Positions 26,737 to 39,586 of a stretch of 64,000 bases of DNA are shown here, in pieces. Numbering within the stretch: position 1 is the first letter of the stretch; every line of letters starts with the position of its first letter. Source of the stretch: Marsupella aquatica (Eukaryota; Plantae; Marchantiophyta). The stretch spans positions 2,619,416-2,683,415 of the forward strand of contig OZ316897.1 of assembly GCA_973895155.1 (NCBI GenBank), written 5' to 3'. The notes below the pieces were generated by a model. The model was given only the letters and a program-made list of their open reading frames with translations. It was not told where the DNA came from and searched no databases. Position numbers and translations under genes: made by a program.

Positions 26737-27591
26737 ATGGCTAGATTTGGAGGAGTGAAGTTTGAGGTGGAGAAGTACGATGGTCATACTGATTACTTGC
26801 TCTGGGAGAAGCAAGTGAAGAGTGTTCTTCGGGCCATGGGCTTAGCTCATCTGCTCTCTTCGCGAGAGCAATATGATGGAGAAGAGGAGATCTTAGAGAA
26901 GCAGTGGAGACAGGAGCAGGTGATTGCTGTGAATGCAGTGATGCTTTATCTGAAGCCGCACATCATCAAGCAGCTGGATGATTATACGGATTGCGCGTCA
27001 CTATTCAAGGTTCTAAGAGAGAAGTACTACCGGGAAGATGCTTCAAACCGGCTGTACAAGAAGTCTCTCTTGATGAGCCTCAGGCTCAAGGAAGAGAGCA
27101 AGATGCAAGATCATCTGGATGAGTTTGACAGTCTAGCGGTGGATCTGTCAAACCTGGGAAAAAGAGTTGAAGATGAGGATAAGGCCTTGCTTCTGCTAAG
27201 CTCCTTACCGCCGTCTTATCAGGGCTTGAAACAGGTGCTCTTGTATAGAGATCTGAAGTCCATTTTGTATAATGAGATGGTGAGCTCTTTATTGTCTGAT
27301 GATGCTCAGAAGAAGCTGGGTCAATCACAGACAGCATCTTCTTCTGGCACTGCGTTGAACGTGAACCGTGGAAGAGCAACGCAGCGCACGAATGGGCAGA
27401 ACAAGTCTACATCACAGGGGAGATCAAAATCCAAAGGGAAATCGCAAGAGAGAAAGCCTCTTGCATGTTGGAATTGTGGCAAGCGTGGTGACATGAAAAG
27501 GGATTGTCGAGTAAAGGTTCCTATTGCATCTGCTAACACGGCATCGAGCTCGCATGAGGTAGATTTACTCGATGATGATGACATATTGTGA
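26737..27591 (+). CDS. gag: Copia Gag
   Basis: KFEVEKYDGHTDYLLWE N-terminus, LLLSSLPPSY, degenerate zinc knuckle CWNCGKRGDMKRDC (H replaced by D). Confidence 0.88.
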   Translation: MARFGGVKFEVEKYDGHTDYLLWEKQVKSVLRAMGLAHLLSSREQYDGEEEILEKQWRQEQVIAVNAVMLYLKPHIIKQLDDYTDCASLFKVLREKYYREDASNRLYKKSLLMSLRLKEESKMQDHLDEFDSLAVDLSNLGKRVEDEDKALLLLSSLPPSYQGLKQVLLYRDLKSILYNEMVSSLLSDDAQKKLGQSQTASSSGTALNVNRGRATQRTNGQNKSTSQGRSKSKGKSQERKPLACWNCGKRGDMKRDCRVKVPIASANTASSSHEVDLLDDDDIL

Positions 27592-30443
27592 TGCCAAGGT
27601 TATGCTCTCAACATAGTGTCAAATCCAGGTAGTGATGACTGGATTCTAGATAGTGCATGTACTTTTCACATTTGCTCTAGGAGAGATTTTTCAGTTCTTA
27701 CACGGTTTCCAACGGGTCAGTGTTGATGGGAAATGGAATCCCATGTCAAGTTGTTGGACTTGGATCTGTAGGATTTCAGATGTTTGATGGTGCTGTAAGG
27801 ACATTGAAGAATGTGAGATATATTCCCAGCATGATGAAAAATCTCATTTTACTTGGAGTTTTAGAAGCAAATGGCCATTAGTGAAGTTCTGCTAATGGTG
27901 TCCTTCAGGTTTCAACTGGTACTAAAATTATATTGAAGGGAAAGAGACATAGCAATCTATACGTTTTGGGGGGCAGTGTTGTTTGTGATGAAGCCAATGT
28001 AACCTTATCTCATGAGGAGACGACCCGGTTGTGGCACTTTCGTTTGGGCCACATGAGTGAAAAAGGTTTGGCTATTCTTCAAAAGAAAGGATTACTTTCT
28101 AATTTGCAGTCTTGTAAGTTAGAATTTTGTGAGCACTGTGTGCTAGAAAAGTAACACAGGAAACCCTTCGGAGTTGGAACTCACACCAGCAAGGAGGTAC
28201 TTGAGTATGTACATAGTGATGTGTGGGGTCCAGCCCCTACTCCCTCACATTCTGGACGGTTATACTATGTCACGGTCATTAGACGATTACTCAAGGTATG
28301 TGTGGATATACTTTCTACACAATAAGTCTGATGTTTTTGCCACTTTTAAGGAGTGGAAAGTCCAAGTTGAGAATCAGACTGGTAATAAGGTGAGATATCT
28401 TCGATCGGATAACGACGGTGAATACAATTCTGGGGAATTTGGAACGTATTGTAAGGAGCAGGAGATCATCCGCCCTCTCACAACAAGTTATACTCCTCAG
28501 CAAAATGGTGTTTCTGAGATACTCAACCGAACACTATTGGACCACTCGAGGAGTATGTTGAGTCAGTCATGCTTACCACATGAGTTTTGGGCTGAAGCTG
28601 TCAACACTACAACTTATTTGGTAAATTTTTCTCCATCCAGTTCTATTGGATTCAAAACGCCATTTGAAATGAGGTACGGGCGTTCAGCAGATTATTCACA
28701 TATGAGGATTTTTGGATGTGATGCTTATCTGCTTACACCTTCCCAGCTTCGATCCAAGCTGGAGTCCAAGTCAAAGAAGTGCATTTTCCTTGGCTATCAG
28801 AAAGGTGTGAAGGGTTATAGGTTATGGGATCCAGTAACCTGTAAACTAATTATAGAGATTTGTCCTTTAATGAATCCAGATCATCAAAGGAGGGGGAGAG
28901 TTCTCAGGACTCCCATACTGACAAGGGGAAATCCCCCATCCCGGACCGGGTTGAGGGGGAGATTAGTCATGATGGTGTTCATGACAGGAGAGATGGAGAA
29001 GCTTCGGGCTTGGAGCTGGTTCCTGTGATGAAACAAGAGGAGCAGATTGTTGTTGGGGTACCTCAAATTCAGCCAATAGCAGCAATAGATCAGCCTGAGT
29101 CATCTACTAGAAGAACTTCCATTCGTTCTACTAGAGCTCCTACCAGGTATGGTCAATGGGCAGACTCATCTAAGCTAGATGATATTGACATTGCACCTGA
29201 TGAAGATGATATGACTTTGATCTTGGAAGAAGGAGAGCCTTCTTTGTACAGTGAGGCTTGTGCTTCAGAGCAGAAGCATGAGTGGAATGCATCAATGCAG
29301 AGGGAGTTGCAATCTTTGAGTGACAACAACACTTGGGAACTAGTGGAGCTTCCAAGAGGTCAACAAGTGGTGGACAACAAGTGGATTTACAAGTTGAAGG
29401 ATAGTCCTTCAGAGGGTGGAGACAAGATCTACAAGGCAAGGCTTGTTGCCAAGGGGTTCACTCAAGAGAAAGGAGTGGATTACAATGAGGTCTTTTCACC
29501 GGTGGCTAAGTATTCCACAATTCGGATCTTGTGTCAGCTTGTTGTGTTTTTTAATCTGGTGATGGATTAGATGGATGTTGTTACAGCTTTTCTCTATGGC
29601 AACTTGGAAGAGTTGATCTTCATGAGACAACCACTAGGCTTTATGAAGAAGGGCCAGATGGATGTTGTTACAGCTTTTCTCTATGGCAACTTGGAAGAGT
29701 TGATCTTCATGAGACAGCCACTAGGCTTTATGAAGAAGGGCCAAGAGAACTTAGTTTGCAGATTTCTCAAGTCCTTGTATGGATTGAAGCAGTCTCCCAG
29801 ATAGTGGAACAAGCGGTTTGATGATTTCATGCTTGCTCAGTGTTTTACAAGGATGGTTTATGATCCTTGTGTGTATACAAAATCAGTCAAAAATGATGTA
29901 TTTGGTTTCATCATTCTGGTGATCTATGTGGATGACATGCTGATTGTGGCTAAAGATCAATCTGAGGTTGACAGTCTCAAGGCAAAATTGAGTGTTGAAT
30001 TCAGGATGAAGGATCTTGGTAAGGCCAAGAGGATCTTAGGGATGGAGATTTTTAGGAACTCTGAGACTGGACAGTTGTGCTTGAGTCAAGGCCAGTATGC
30101 GAGGAAAGTACTTGCACGATTCAACATGGAGAATTGTAAGCCAGTGAGTATTCTTTTAGCTTCACATTTCAAGTTATCATCGGCCTTCTCTCCTACGGAT
30201 GCTGTGAAGAAAGGTCTGATGACTAAGATTCTTTATGAGAAGGCAGTAGGTAGTCTGATGTATTTGATGACTTGTACTATGTCTAACTTAGCCCCAGCGA
30301 TGGGCAAGGTTAGCAGATTCATGTCAAATCCAAGGAAGGTACATTGGGAAGTTGTGAAGTGGATTCTCAGGTATCTGAAGGGAACACAGGACTATGGATT
30401 ACTATTTGATAATAGATCAAATAAAACGTTAGTTGGCTATGTA
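27592..30443 (+). pseudogene. Copia pol (protease, integrase, RT), disrupted, up to the CACTA insertion
   Basis: WILDSAC protease motif, LWHFRLGHMSE, integrase core, KARLVAKGF, YVDDML; stops, frameshifts and an 87-bp internal duplication. Confidence 0.92.
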
Positions 30444-31228
30444 CACTACAACACTATCGGTCGGTTTTGCGAAGACAATCTCATCGCAACTAACAAGCCC
30501 CTGATTTTCATAATTCTGGCTATTGCGAACATACGCGCATCGCACCCCCTTCGCACTTTGCGAACCTAATAACTTCGCACGCGGACCATCACAACGGCAT
30601 CGCAAAATCATGGCAAACTGAGAAGCTGAGAGGTTCGCAATATTCAATACTTCTGCGATCCATTATACGTCGCATAAGGTTCGCAAACATACACGCACAC
30701 GTCCCGCGCGGGCGTCAATATTTGAGACGGATTTACCATCGCATCATATTTGCGATTGATACTGGTTCAATTGTTTTAATGGGGATTGTATGACAAAGAG
30801 CGATACCGGTGATTTCAGAAGTTTGTGAACGGTTGCGATTAGGAAAGTGCGATCCTAGAAGTATCACAAAAACCCGACATATTTGGATCTGAAGTTCTGA
30901 AGTTAATTGACTCAAAAAGTGCGACGCCTTGGGGTTAATATTGTGCGATGGGAATGAGTTCTTAAAGGGTTCGCAAAATTATGATCACACAGGATTCAAT
31001 ACATTATTTGCGAGGGGTTTTCCTTGGAACCCAATGTGGAAGGCAAAATTGTTGTTTTATAAAATGGAAAAGCATGAACAAAATGATAGGGCTTCAAAGA
31101 ACCCTATACATGGACAAGAGGGGGGAAATATCTGATGCTAGGTCCGCCCTTCTAAACCTATGCTGCCTCTTCCTACCCTAAGCTCCGGCATGACAAGTCA
31201 CTCTCATGCATGTATCTCTACAAAATAA

Positions 31229-33283
31229 CTAGAATGGGCTCTTGCGGCTCCTCTTGGTTGGCTTCTTGGCTGGCTTCTTGCCCTTATCCTTCCGGGGATC
31301 CTGTTGGTGACGGGTGCGTGATGGCCGTCGACGCTCCTGCTCCTGCTCCTGCTGCTCCTCTGGCTCCTCCTGCCCCTCCTGCTCCTCCTCCTCATCCTCA
31401 GGGTCCTCCTCCTCCCCCTGGTCATCAACGTGTGCTGATGACACACGACTACCACCACTACCACGGTGGGAAGAACCTACCTCACGACTACTCCCCCCCC
31501 CCGAGCACCACTAGTACCAGGAGTAGCCCCCTCATCGTCATCACTACTGGTCACATCAGCACCCGACCCCTCAGGCTCATCCGAATCCTGCATCCATTAC
31601 ATATCATTAGTTTTCGCAAGACATAAAGGGTCACTCACAATGTTCGCATGCTAATCATATGGTTCACACTTAGACACTTACAGTAGCCAACTCGGCATCT
31701 ACCATCGCAAAGAGGTACTTTCGTCCATGCTCTATCGCCACCTCAATATGCTTTTTTGATATCTTCCTTTTGTACCTCCGATACTGCCATGCATAAAACC
31801 AATTAAAATTGGTTAAATTTGCCCTTAAGCATACCCTATAGCCACAAGTGATGCTTAAATCCTCAACTACTAAACATGACCCAAAAAAATTTTTTAATTC
31901 AAATTTGCGAACCTATAAGCATAGCAACTTGCGAACCACCTTTTTTTGCGAAGGCGTTGCGATGGAGTTTGCGATGCGCATTTGTTCGCAAAGGCATCGG
32001 AAAATTGAAATGGAAAAAGTCTATGATAGACTTTGCGAGGGGTTTGCGAAAAAATACGCATCGCAACACCTTCACAAACTGTGTTCCCGAGAGTTTTTAA
32101 AAATTTGCCAGAAATTCTAAGTGTCAGAGTTGCCCTAAACTAGTAACCAAGCAAGCATGCACAACAGCAAGAACCTTCGGGGATGTCATTCACTTGCATT
32201 GCATAACTCTGAAAGGAATAGAGAGGTTAGGGAGGAGCAAGAGGCACTCACAAAGTGTGACTTGAGGCCGGGGAGCCCGCCTTGACCCAACTTGTGGACT
32301 GGATTGGGGGTGGATTTCACTCGTTTGGCTGCATCTGTGAAACGCTTGGGTGGCTTTCCCTCCTGGTCGGCCACCTTCTGCATCTCAGCTACCTTCTGCT
32401 CAAGTGGCTTCAGGTCGTGGTCAGGGGGGAGCTTCCCGGCCTCCTTTGCTTTCAAGGCTCGATCTAGATTGCCCTTCCACTCTTCCAACTCGTGAGCTGC
32501 CTTAATTTGCACCTCAATCTTGTAAAACGAATTCCAGATGTCCTCGGTGAAGTGGAGGGGTCTGCGCAAGTTCCTGTATGATCTCAAGTCTTTCAGGTGG
32601 GCTCTAATCTTCATCCTGTCATGGTATCGCATTTGAGACATAGAATTTGAAATCTTATTTGCCAACCATTGCTCATCTATGTCAGGCCCATTGCGAAATG
32701 CATCCTTGATTTGGTTGATGACCCTCTTTCGCTCTGCCTTCTCAATCTTCCCCCACTGCATGCCTCGTGAGAAATTGCTTGTGATAATCTGCTTGATTGT
32801 GCTCTTAGCCCCTGCATACGCTAGCTCAGTTGGAGTCCCACTCGTCTCCAAGGCAATGAATGGAAGTTTTTTTCTTGCTTCCTCTTTCTGACGTTGCTCC
32901 TCCCTCTGTTTTCGAATTGAATCTCTCTCCTCTCTTCTCTTCTGCTTCTCTAGGGCTTGAGGAGAGGCAACTCCCGACTTAGTTCTTTCCTCTCTCTTCC
33001 TTTTTTTCTCTCTAGCCTTCTCTTCAGCTGCGGCCCTCTCCTCCCCCTCTCTAGTAGCTTGTCCTGCTACAATCCCAGTTTGCAAAACCTGTCCAAGAAT
33101 GGCACTCAAAGAGGCAAGCCCTGCTGGAGAATTGAGATTCACTTCTCCCAATTGTGCAGCACTGAGATGTTGGGCCACTAAGTCTGCCCAGGCATTCTTC
33201 TCTTTCTCTGGATTTCCTCCATTGCCACTACCACTACCACTACCACTACCACCTTGCCCTCCACTCCCCTCACCGGTAGCCAT
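31229..33283 (-). pseudogene. CACTA accessory (TnpA-like) spliced gene, divergently transcribed
   Basis: Long first exon (33283-32252) ending KLGQGGLPGLKSHF at a GT donor; exon from 31783 (YRRYKRKISKKHIEVAI); acidic last exon with a frameshift. TnpA identity is inferred from position. Confidence 0.55.
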
Positions 33284-33699
33284 AGCTCCCCTCTCTCACA
33301 GTCTCCCTCGTACTGTTGTGCGTGCCCCGGCCCTTCTCGTCTCACTCAAAAACTGAAATGAGCCCGAATGCGAGCTCCCGCCGATGTTTACGCCGTTCAA
33401 AAACGGGTTTGCGATGACATACGCATGGGAAACTGCGAAGCCCGCGCCCTCGCAAATAGTCTCGCAACTTGCGAGGCACTTCCAAATCTATTCCCTTCGC
33501 AAAGCCATCGCAACCCGCAGAAGACCCAAAAAATCGTTCTCGGCCTCTGTTTTTGCGAAGCAAGTGCGAAGGTCGTAGGTTCGCAAAAATATTCTCTAAC
33601 TTGTGAAATAATTTGCGAGGCAGGTCTTATCGGTTTAGGGTTGGAAAACACTTTGGGGTGTCAAACGGCTATTAAGGTTTGTCAAACGACATTTAAGGT

Positions 33700-34575
33700 A
33701 TGTTAAGTGCCCATAAGTTAACATGGAAGGGGTGTCAATGGATGTTTGGGTTGTAAGGATAACTAGAATATAAGTTAAACAAAGGTTTGGGTTTAATTAA
33801 AGGTTAGGTTTATATTTGGTTTTAATCTAGGAGTATTTGGTTTAATTAAGGGGGTTAAAACTTGGGTTAGGTTGGAATAAAAGGGTTGGGTTTAAATTAA
33901 TGGGTTTGGCTTAGGGTTCAAGGTAGAGGTTTGCATTAGGTTGTGAGTAATTACAGGGGTTGGGTTTGGTTTTAGTTGAGGGGTTGAATTGTGGTTGTTT
34001 TTTAAAGGGATTGGGTTTGGTTTTTAGTTGGGGGGTTTAATTGTGGTTTTTTTAAAGGGGTTGGGTTTCTAATGTAAGTGTTTGGGTTGGGGTGTAACAT
34101 GATATAGGGTTGGATTTGGTTCTAATTGAGGGGGTACAATTTTTGCTTAAGTTTTAAAAAAGGGCCTCAATTTAGGGGTTAGGGTGAAGTTTAGAATAAC
34201 TATAGGGGTGGGGGTTGGCCTATATAGGTAAAGTAAGGTGTAGATAGGGTAAGAGTTTTATATGTAATTGGGGGATTTGGGTTGGGTTTAGGGTAAAGGT
34301 TTGAAATTTTAATGAGGGATTTGGGTATTGGTTAGGATAAGGGTAAGGGTTTAGGGTGCTTGAGGGATTTGGGTTAGGTTTTAATGAAGGGTTTCATTTC
34401 ATGGTTTGGGTTTAGGGTAGGGGTTTGGGTTTAGGGTAAAGGTTTGAATTTTTAATGAGGGATTTGGGTATTGGTTAGGATAAGGGTAAGGGTTTAGGGT
34501 GATTGAGGGATTTGGGTTAGGTTTTAATGAAGGGTTTCATTTCATGGTTTGGGTTTAGGGTAGGGTTTGGGTTAC
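33700..34575 (+). repeat. Degenerate telomere-like (TTTAGGG/TTTGGG) GT-rich tract with a ~143-bp tandem duplication
   Basis: Many GGGTTTAGGG and GGGTTTGG units, strong G/T strand skew; unit at 34283 recurs at 34426. Confidence 0.75.
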
Positions 34576-35005
34576 TTACATTTCTTTGTCTATCTCATTA
34601 ACATGGAGAGGAAAACTCTTTGGCGTTGTAGGGCACTTCCCCATGTTTTTTAAAGTTTTGGCTAATGCATGATAATGCCTTGCGAGAGCCCGGGCATCTG
34701 AAAGGTATAACATTTTCTCATGCATTTCTAGTCATTGCTGTAAATATGGAGGGTTACAATCTATCATCCTTTTTTTCTGGTTCACCATAAGGCATGGTTT
34801 AATTCATTGTATATTGGCAGATTTTCCCCTCCTTCCAGATTTGGTTCATGAAATTTGAGCCACAAGATCCGTCAAGGCATTGCTAAGCCCGGGTCTCATA
34901 AAGGTATTTTTTTGTCAATTCTTTTTAATATGTTTAGGTAGGGATTATCAATGATGGTTTTGGTGAAGTTTTTACTAATCGCCTTCCAATTGCTATACTT
35001 GTCAG

Positions 35006-36167
35006 ATGTCTTCATCCTCTACAACTTCCACCACATCAGATTCCTCTTCCGATGAAGAAAGTCATCCTCCTCCTCAACCTGAACCAACCGTACGTCGACC
35101 TAGTGGTCCACCACGCCAACTTTGTGGTTGTAAAAAATGTGTGGGGATGGTTGTCCAAAAGTCATATGTATGTGCGGAGCACATTGCTCGATATGGCCAA
35201 CATCGAGGTCTTACACCGGGAGCTTCTTCATCCCGTATGGTGAGTTGTAAACTTACTGTGATTTCCATTTTATTTTGTAAATCTTGCTAGGTAGCATAAA
35301 ATAAAATTTGGGAGGTTCATCACACTCACTTGGTTCCATTTCTTCCTATAGGTATCCAGTAGGCCTACACCCACTACACCAACACCCTATGTTCCCTCAC
35401 AAGGAGTTCTAGATGCTATAGGCTCGGCACTTTCATAAGCTTTTCGTTTAGTGGCAGCAGGGCAAGGTAGTGTTGGGACAATTAAGGGTGACGGTATTAT
35501 TACAAGAGGGAAAAAAAAGTCAATAAGACAGCCTAGAGGGGAAGTGGATCAGTACACTTGTAGGGTTGATGGTAGATGGGGCCCTTGTACCTTCACAGGG
35601 AAGTGTATTCCTATCATAAAGGATTGGAATCCGGAGTGCCTTGGTTTGCCATGTGATATAACCTATGGTGAGGAGATAGAAGTTTGGGGAAGACGTTGGG
35701 TTGTCAAGAGTTCGACCCTAGGGGAGAGGCATGGGTATGGGATTTTCTCTTGTCAGGACATTATTGTGGATGATATGGGTGGAAAAGGGCGCTCTTCAGA
35801 TGGACCAACGTTGTTCCCGTATGGTGGACCCATTTACAAGAGGAGACATTGGAACATGATTCTTGTTCAACACCCTGAGTGGAAGACTTATGCATTGGAC
35901 ATGGATACTTTTGATGGTTGCACCAGAAAGTATTGTGACCAGCATATAATTGATGGTGATCCCATCCGTAGTGGGAATATTGCCGGTTTCATCAACAGTA
36001 CTGTGGGGACCCGGCCTAAGCGTAGGAAAAACTGTGAATGGGTTTTTGTTGATGGTCCCCCTCCAGCCCCTTATGGGCAGAGATATCATCATGACCATTG
36101 TCTAGTTGTAGCTAATAGGACCATTCTGGCTGGAGAGGAGTTGTTTACACATTATGAATGGGATTAG
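35006..36167 (+). pseudogene. SET-domain gene inside the CACTA element (exons 35006-35239 and 35352-36167; one in-frame TAA at 35436)
   Basis: VKSSTLGERHGYGIFSCQDI (motif I), GNIAGFINS (RFINH-like), LVVANRTILAGEELFTHY (ELxFDY-like). Confidence 0.75.
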
Positions 36168-39100
36168 GATTACTTTAGGGACATGTATTATACGTTCATC
36201 GTATGTGAACGTATGTTTTGTAATGACATGTTTTTTTTATATTGTTAATAATATGTTTCGAGCACTACTATATTTGGCGTTAATTTCATTGTGAATACTT
36301 TATTGTATTGTCTATAGAATGTGCGGCCTAGTCAAGATATGTTGCCAAGGAGGTTGAGAGCTACATATCAAGAAATGGGCTTGCCACAAGACGGGGAAAC
36401 ATCATCAGCAGATTTCTCATCAAGTGACAATGATAATGACAGTCCAGATGAAGGGGCACCTCGGACAGATTATGAGGTCATGCAAGACCAAGAGTCAGCC
36501 ATGGATGACTTCATGACAAATTGGTTTGGTGTAGACATTGATGGTGAAGGAGGTGTCCCACCCAATGAAGGAGACCCTCCACCAAATGTTGCACATGATC
36601 CAAGGCCTCAACGTACACCTGAAGGACAAAAACAATGGGAAGAAGTTGAGGCACATGCTAGAACACCTATTTATGGGGGTGCTCATTTGAATAGACTATC
36701 TGCCATCTTGGCATTGATGAATCTTCAGGCAAAACACAAGGCAAGCAATGCGCTACTATCGGATTTGTTTGCAATTTGCCATGATCTCTTGTTACCTAGT
36801 GAAAATGTGTTGCCAGGAACTTGGAAGGAGGCAAAGAGGGTTCTATCATCCATTGGCATGGAATACCATATCATTCATGCTTGTGTGAATGACTGCATTC
36901 TCTATCATGAGACCAATGCCAGCGCAACTGAGTGTCCAATTTGTCAAGAGCCTCGATATGAAACCAACATGTTGACCTCAAAGGTGTCTAGAAAAGCTGT
37001 TCGTTGGTTTCCTATTATTCCTCGATTGTTGCACATGTACCGATGTTCTGACTTGGCAGAATTGAGGGTATGGCATAAGACACATCGATCAGAGGCCGGT
37101 GTCATGCGGTTGCCAGTTGATTCCCCTGCTCACAAGCATGTGGAGTCACAATGGCTAGAATTTGCACGTGACCCTCATCATGTGAGGTTGGGGTTGGCAT
37201 CAGATGGGGTAAGCCCACACTCCCTTGGAGGGAAAGGGCGCCCTACTTCGGTTTGGCCGGTGGTTGTTATGAATTACAACCTTCCCCCATGGTTGTCCAT
37301 GAAAAAGGGATTCTTATTGCTATCATTGATTATCCCAGGTCCATCTAAGGTAAAAAACATGGACACCTACTTGGCGCTCTTGGTTGGGGAACTCCATAAA
37401 TTATGGGGGGGTGTATGGGCATATGATGGTCGGACAACTACAGGAGGGTTACCACGTGTCTTCCAATTGAAGGGAATCATTATGTGGACCATGCATGACT
37501 ATCCAGGTGAGTGGTATGGATTTGTATTTTTTTCATGTATTGGAGATCAAGTTTGTTTGGAAGGAAGTCCCTCTTTAATTCTATGTACATGAACTTTTCA
37601 ATTCCTTTGACTCTAATTGAGAATGTTATTTTGTGAGCACGGTTTGGGTTTGTTTTTGGGTTCCAAACTCAAGGGTACAAGGCATGCTCCACTTGTGGTC
37701 CAAGCCTTCACGATATGGCCAAGTACTCAAAATGGCTGCACAAGATAATCTACCTTGGTCATACCAAGTTTCTTCCACTTGGGCATCACATGAGGTCTGA
37801 CCCCCTTTTGTTTTCAGACTTTGACATGATCAATGGTGATGAGCGTGAGATACCTGACCGCACAATATTTTCGTATTGGAAATCCATAGCTGATAGGGTG
37901 GCAGACCCTGAAGATGCCATGGGATTTGATGGTAGTGGATTGACAAGGTGGGGTATACTGGCCACTTTGCCCTATTGGCCTGAGTTGAAGATTCATCACT
38001 TGTTAGACCCCATGCATATAGAGGGAAATGTTGGGAAGGCTTTGATCAAGCACTTTTATGGGGAAAAGAACATTAATTTTAGGGAGGCATGCCAGGATCT
38101 AGAACGACATCCAGATGTATGGATAACAGTTGATGAATCCACAGGGATGGAACATCGTCCTTCAGCTCCATGGGTTTTGAGTGTTGGTGAAAGAAGAGAG
38201 TTTCGACAACGCATAGGGTAGATGCGGTTTCCTACAGGCTATGGTGCCAATCTACGTAAGGCTTTTGGGATGGAGGACAGTCATAAATGGCCAATGTATC
38301 TCAAGACACATGACTATCATCGTTTACTACAACATATACTTCCTGTGGCAATCATAGGTTTGGGGAGTGAAGAAGTGCAAGACGCTCTTTGGTCACTGGG
38401 CACTTTGTTGAGATGGATATGCTCAAAGAAAATATATGAAGAAGAGATACCACGGATGGAGGTATTGGCAGCAGAGGTGGTATGCAAGTTGGAGAAGGCC
38501 CTCCCTCCTTCCTTCTTTGATTGTCAGGTGCATCTTCTCGTTCATCTTGTGAGGGAGGTTGCCATTGCCGGTCCGGTGCATTGTAGGTGGATGTATTGGC
38601 TGGAAAGGTATATGGCCGTGTTAAAGGCTTATGTACGGAACCGTGCACAAGTGGAGGGGAGCATGGCAACTGGATACTTGGCAGCTGAGAGTATGTTTTA
38701 TTGTAGTAACATCTTAGCTACCATTGATCCTAGTTTTCCACGCACTTGGATGGAAGAGAGGGAAGTGGAGGAGGACCGTTTAACAGGTGCAAAAAAAACA
38801 CGCTTACTAACCGCAGTGGAGTTGACACAGGTTAGTACTTTCATGTTGAGTAACAGCAATGTGATAGAAGATTGGAGAGAGTTTTATGAGGATGCAAAGA
38901 GGGAGAGTCGTCGCCCAAGGATCTTTCCAAAGTTCCTTGAGTATATGAAGGAGAAAGTACTTCAGTTGGATGCTATGGTGGCCCAAGGTGAGAATGTATC
39001 ACATTTTCCAGATATGACTCCTGAGGTTCGAACAATTGTTCATGGTCCTTTAAGACTTGTTCAAACCAGAACAGCAATGTGGACACAAGGGAGGCATTTC

Positions 39101-39586
39101 AGGATTTCTGACCTTGATGAGAAGAGGGGAAGAACTTTTGATTGTGGAGTTCATGGGCAGTTCATGCAAGATTCACAAAGTAGCCGTCATGACACTAATG
39201 TGATCAGAGATGTGGTGCCTCACTATGGGAAGATTGAGGAGATCTTGATCATATCCTATGATGCCGATTCCAAATTTGAAGAGTATGTCTTCAAGTGTAA
39301 GTGGTTCAAAATTCACCTGGTTGGTGATAATCGCACGGTACTTCTTGATGAGTGTGGGTTTACTCGACTGAAGACATCAGCAACTAGCTTTCAACCATCT
39401 CATTGGCAAACATCTGAACCATTTACATTCCCAAGTCACCTTGAGCAGTGTTTCTATATTCCGTACCCACCAGACCTAGAGTGGTCAGTTGTTATACCGT
39501 ATGTGCCACGGTCCCGTTCCATTATCTCGAAAAAACCTGACGTTATTATTGTGTCAAATGGAGGCGAGGATGAGGACCAGGTTTGA
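35006..39586 (+). pseudogene. CACTA transposase TnpD (exons 35006-35239, 36318-37506, 37641-39586), disrupted
   Basis: CGCKKC...H N-terminal transposase-associated motif, IHACVNDCILY, LGLASDG, NLPPW, MHDYPG, LDPMHIEGN, LKTHDYH, GPVHCRWMY..ER, FKCKW; acceptor CAG mutated to CAC at 37640 and TAG at 38219. Confidence 0.88.

Noticed and set aside
27589-27591. TGA between gag and in-frame pol as programmed read-through
   Set aside because: No CARYYA read-through context; the copy has many decay stops and the sister copy lacks this region, so it cannot be distinguished from a mutation.
31210-31626. Pro/His-rich extensin-like ORF on the plus strand
   Set aside because: Antisense shadow of the acidic last exon of the CACTA accessory gene.
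33700-34575. True telomere or chromosome-fusion scar
   Set aside because: The repeats are highly degenerate and lie inside the CACTA TIRs.
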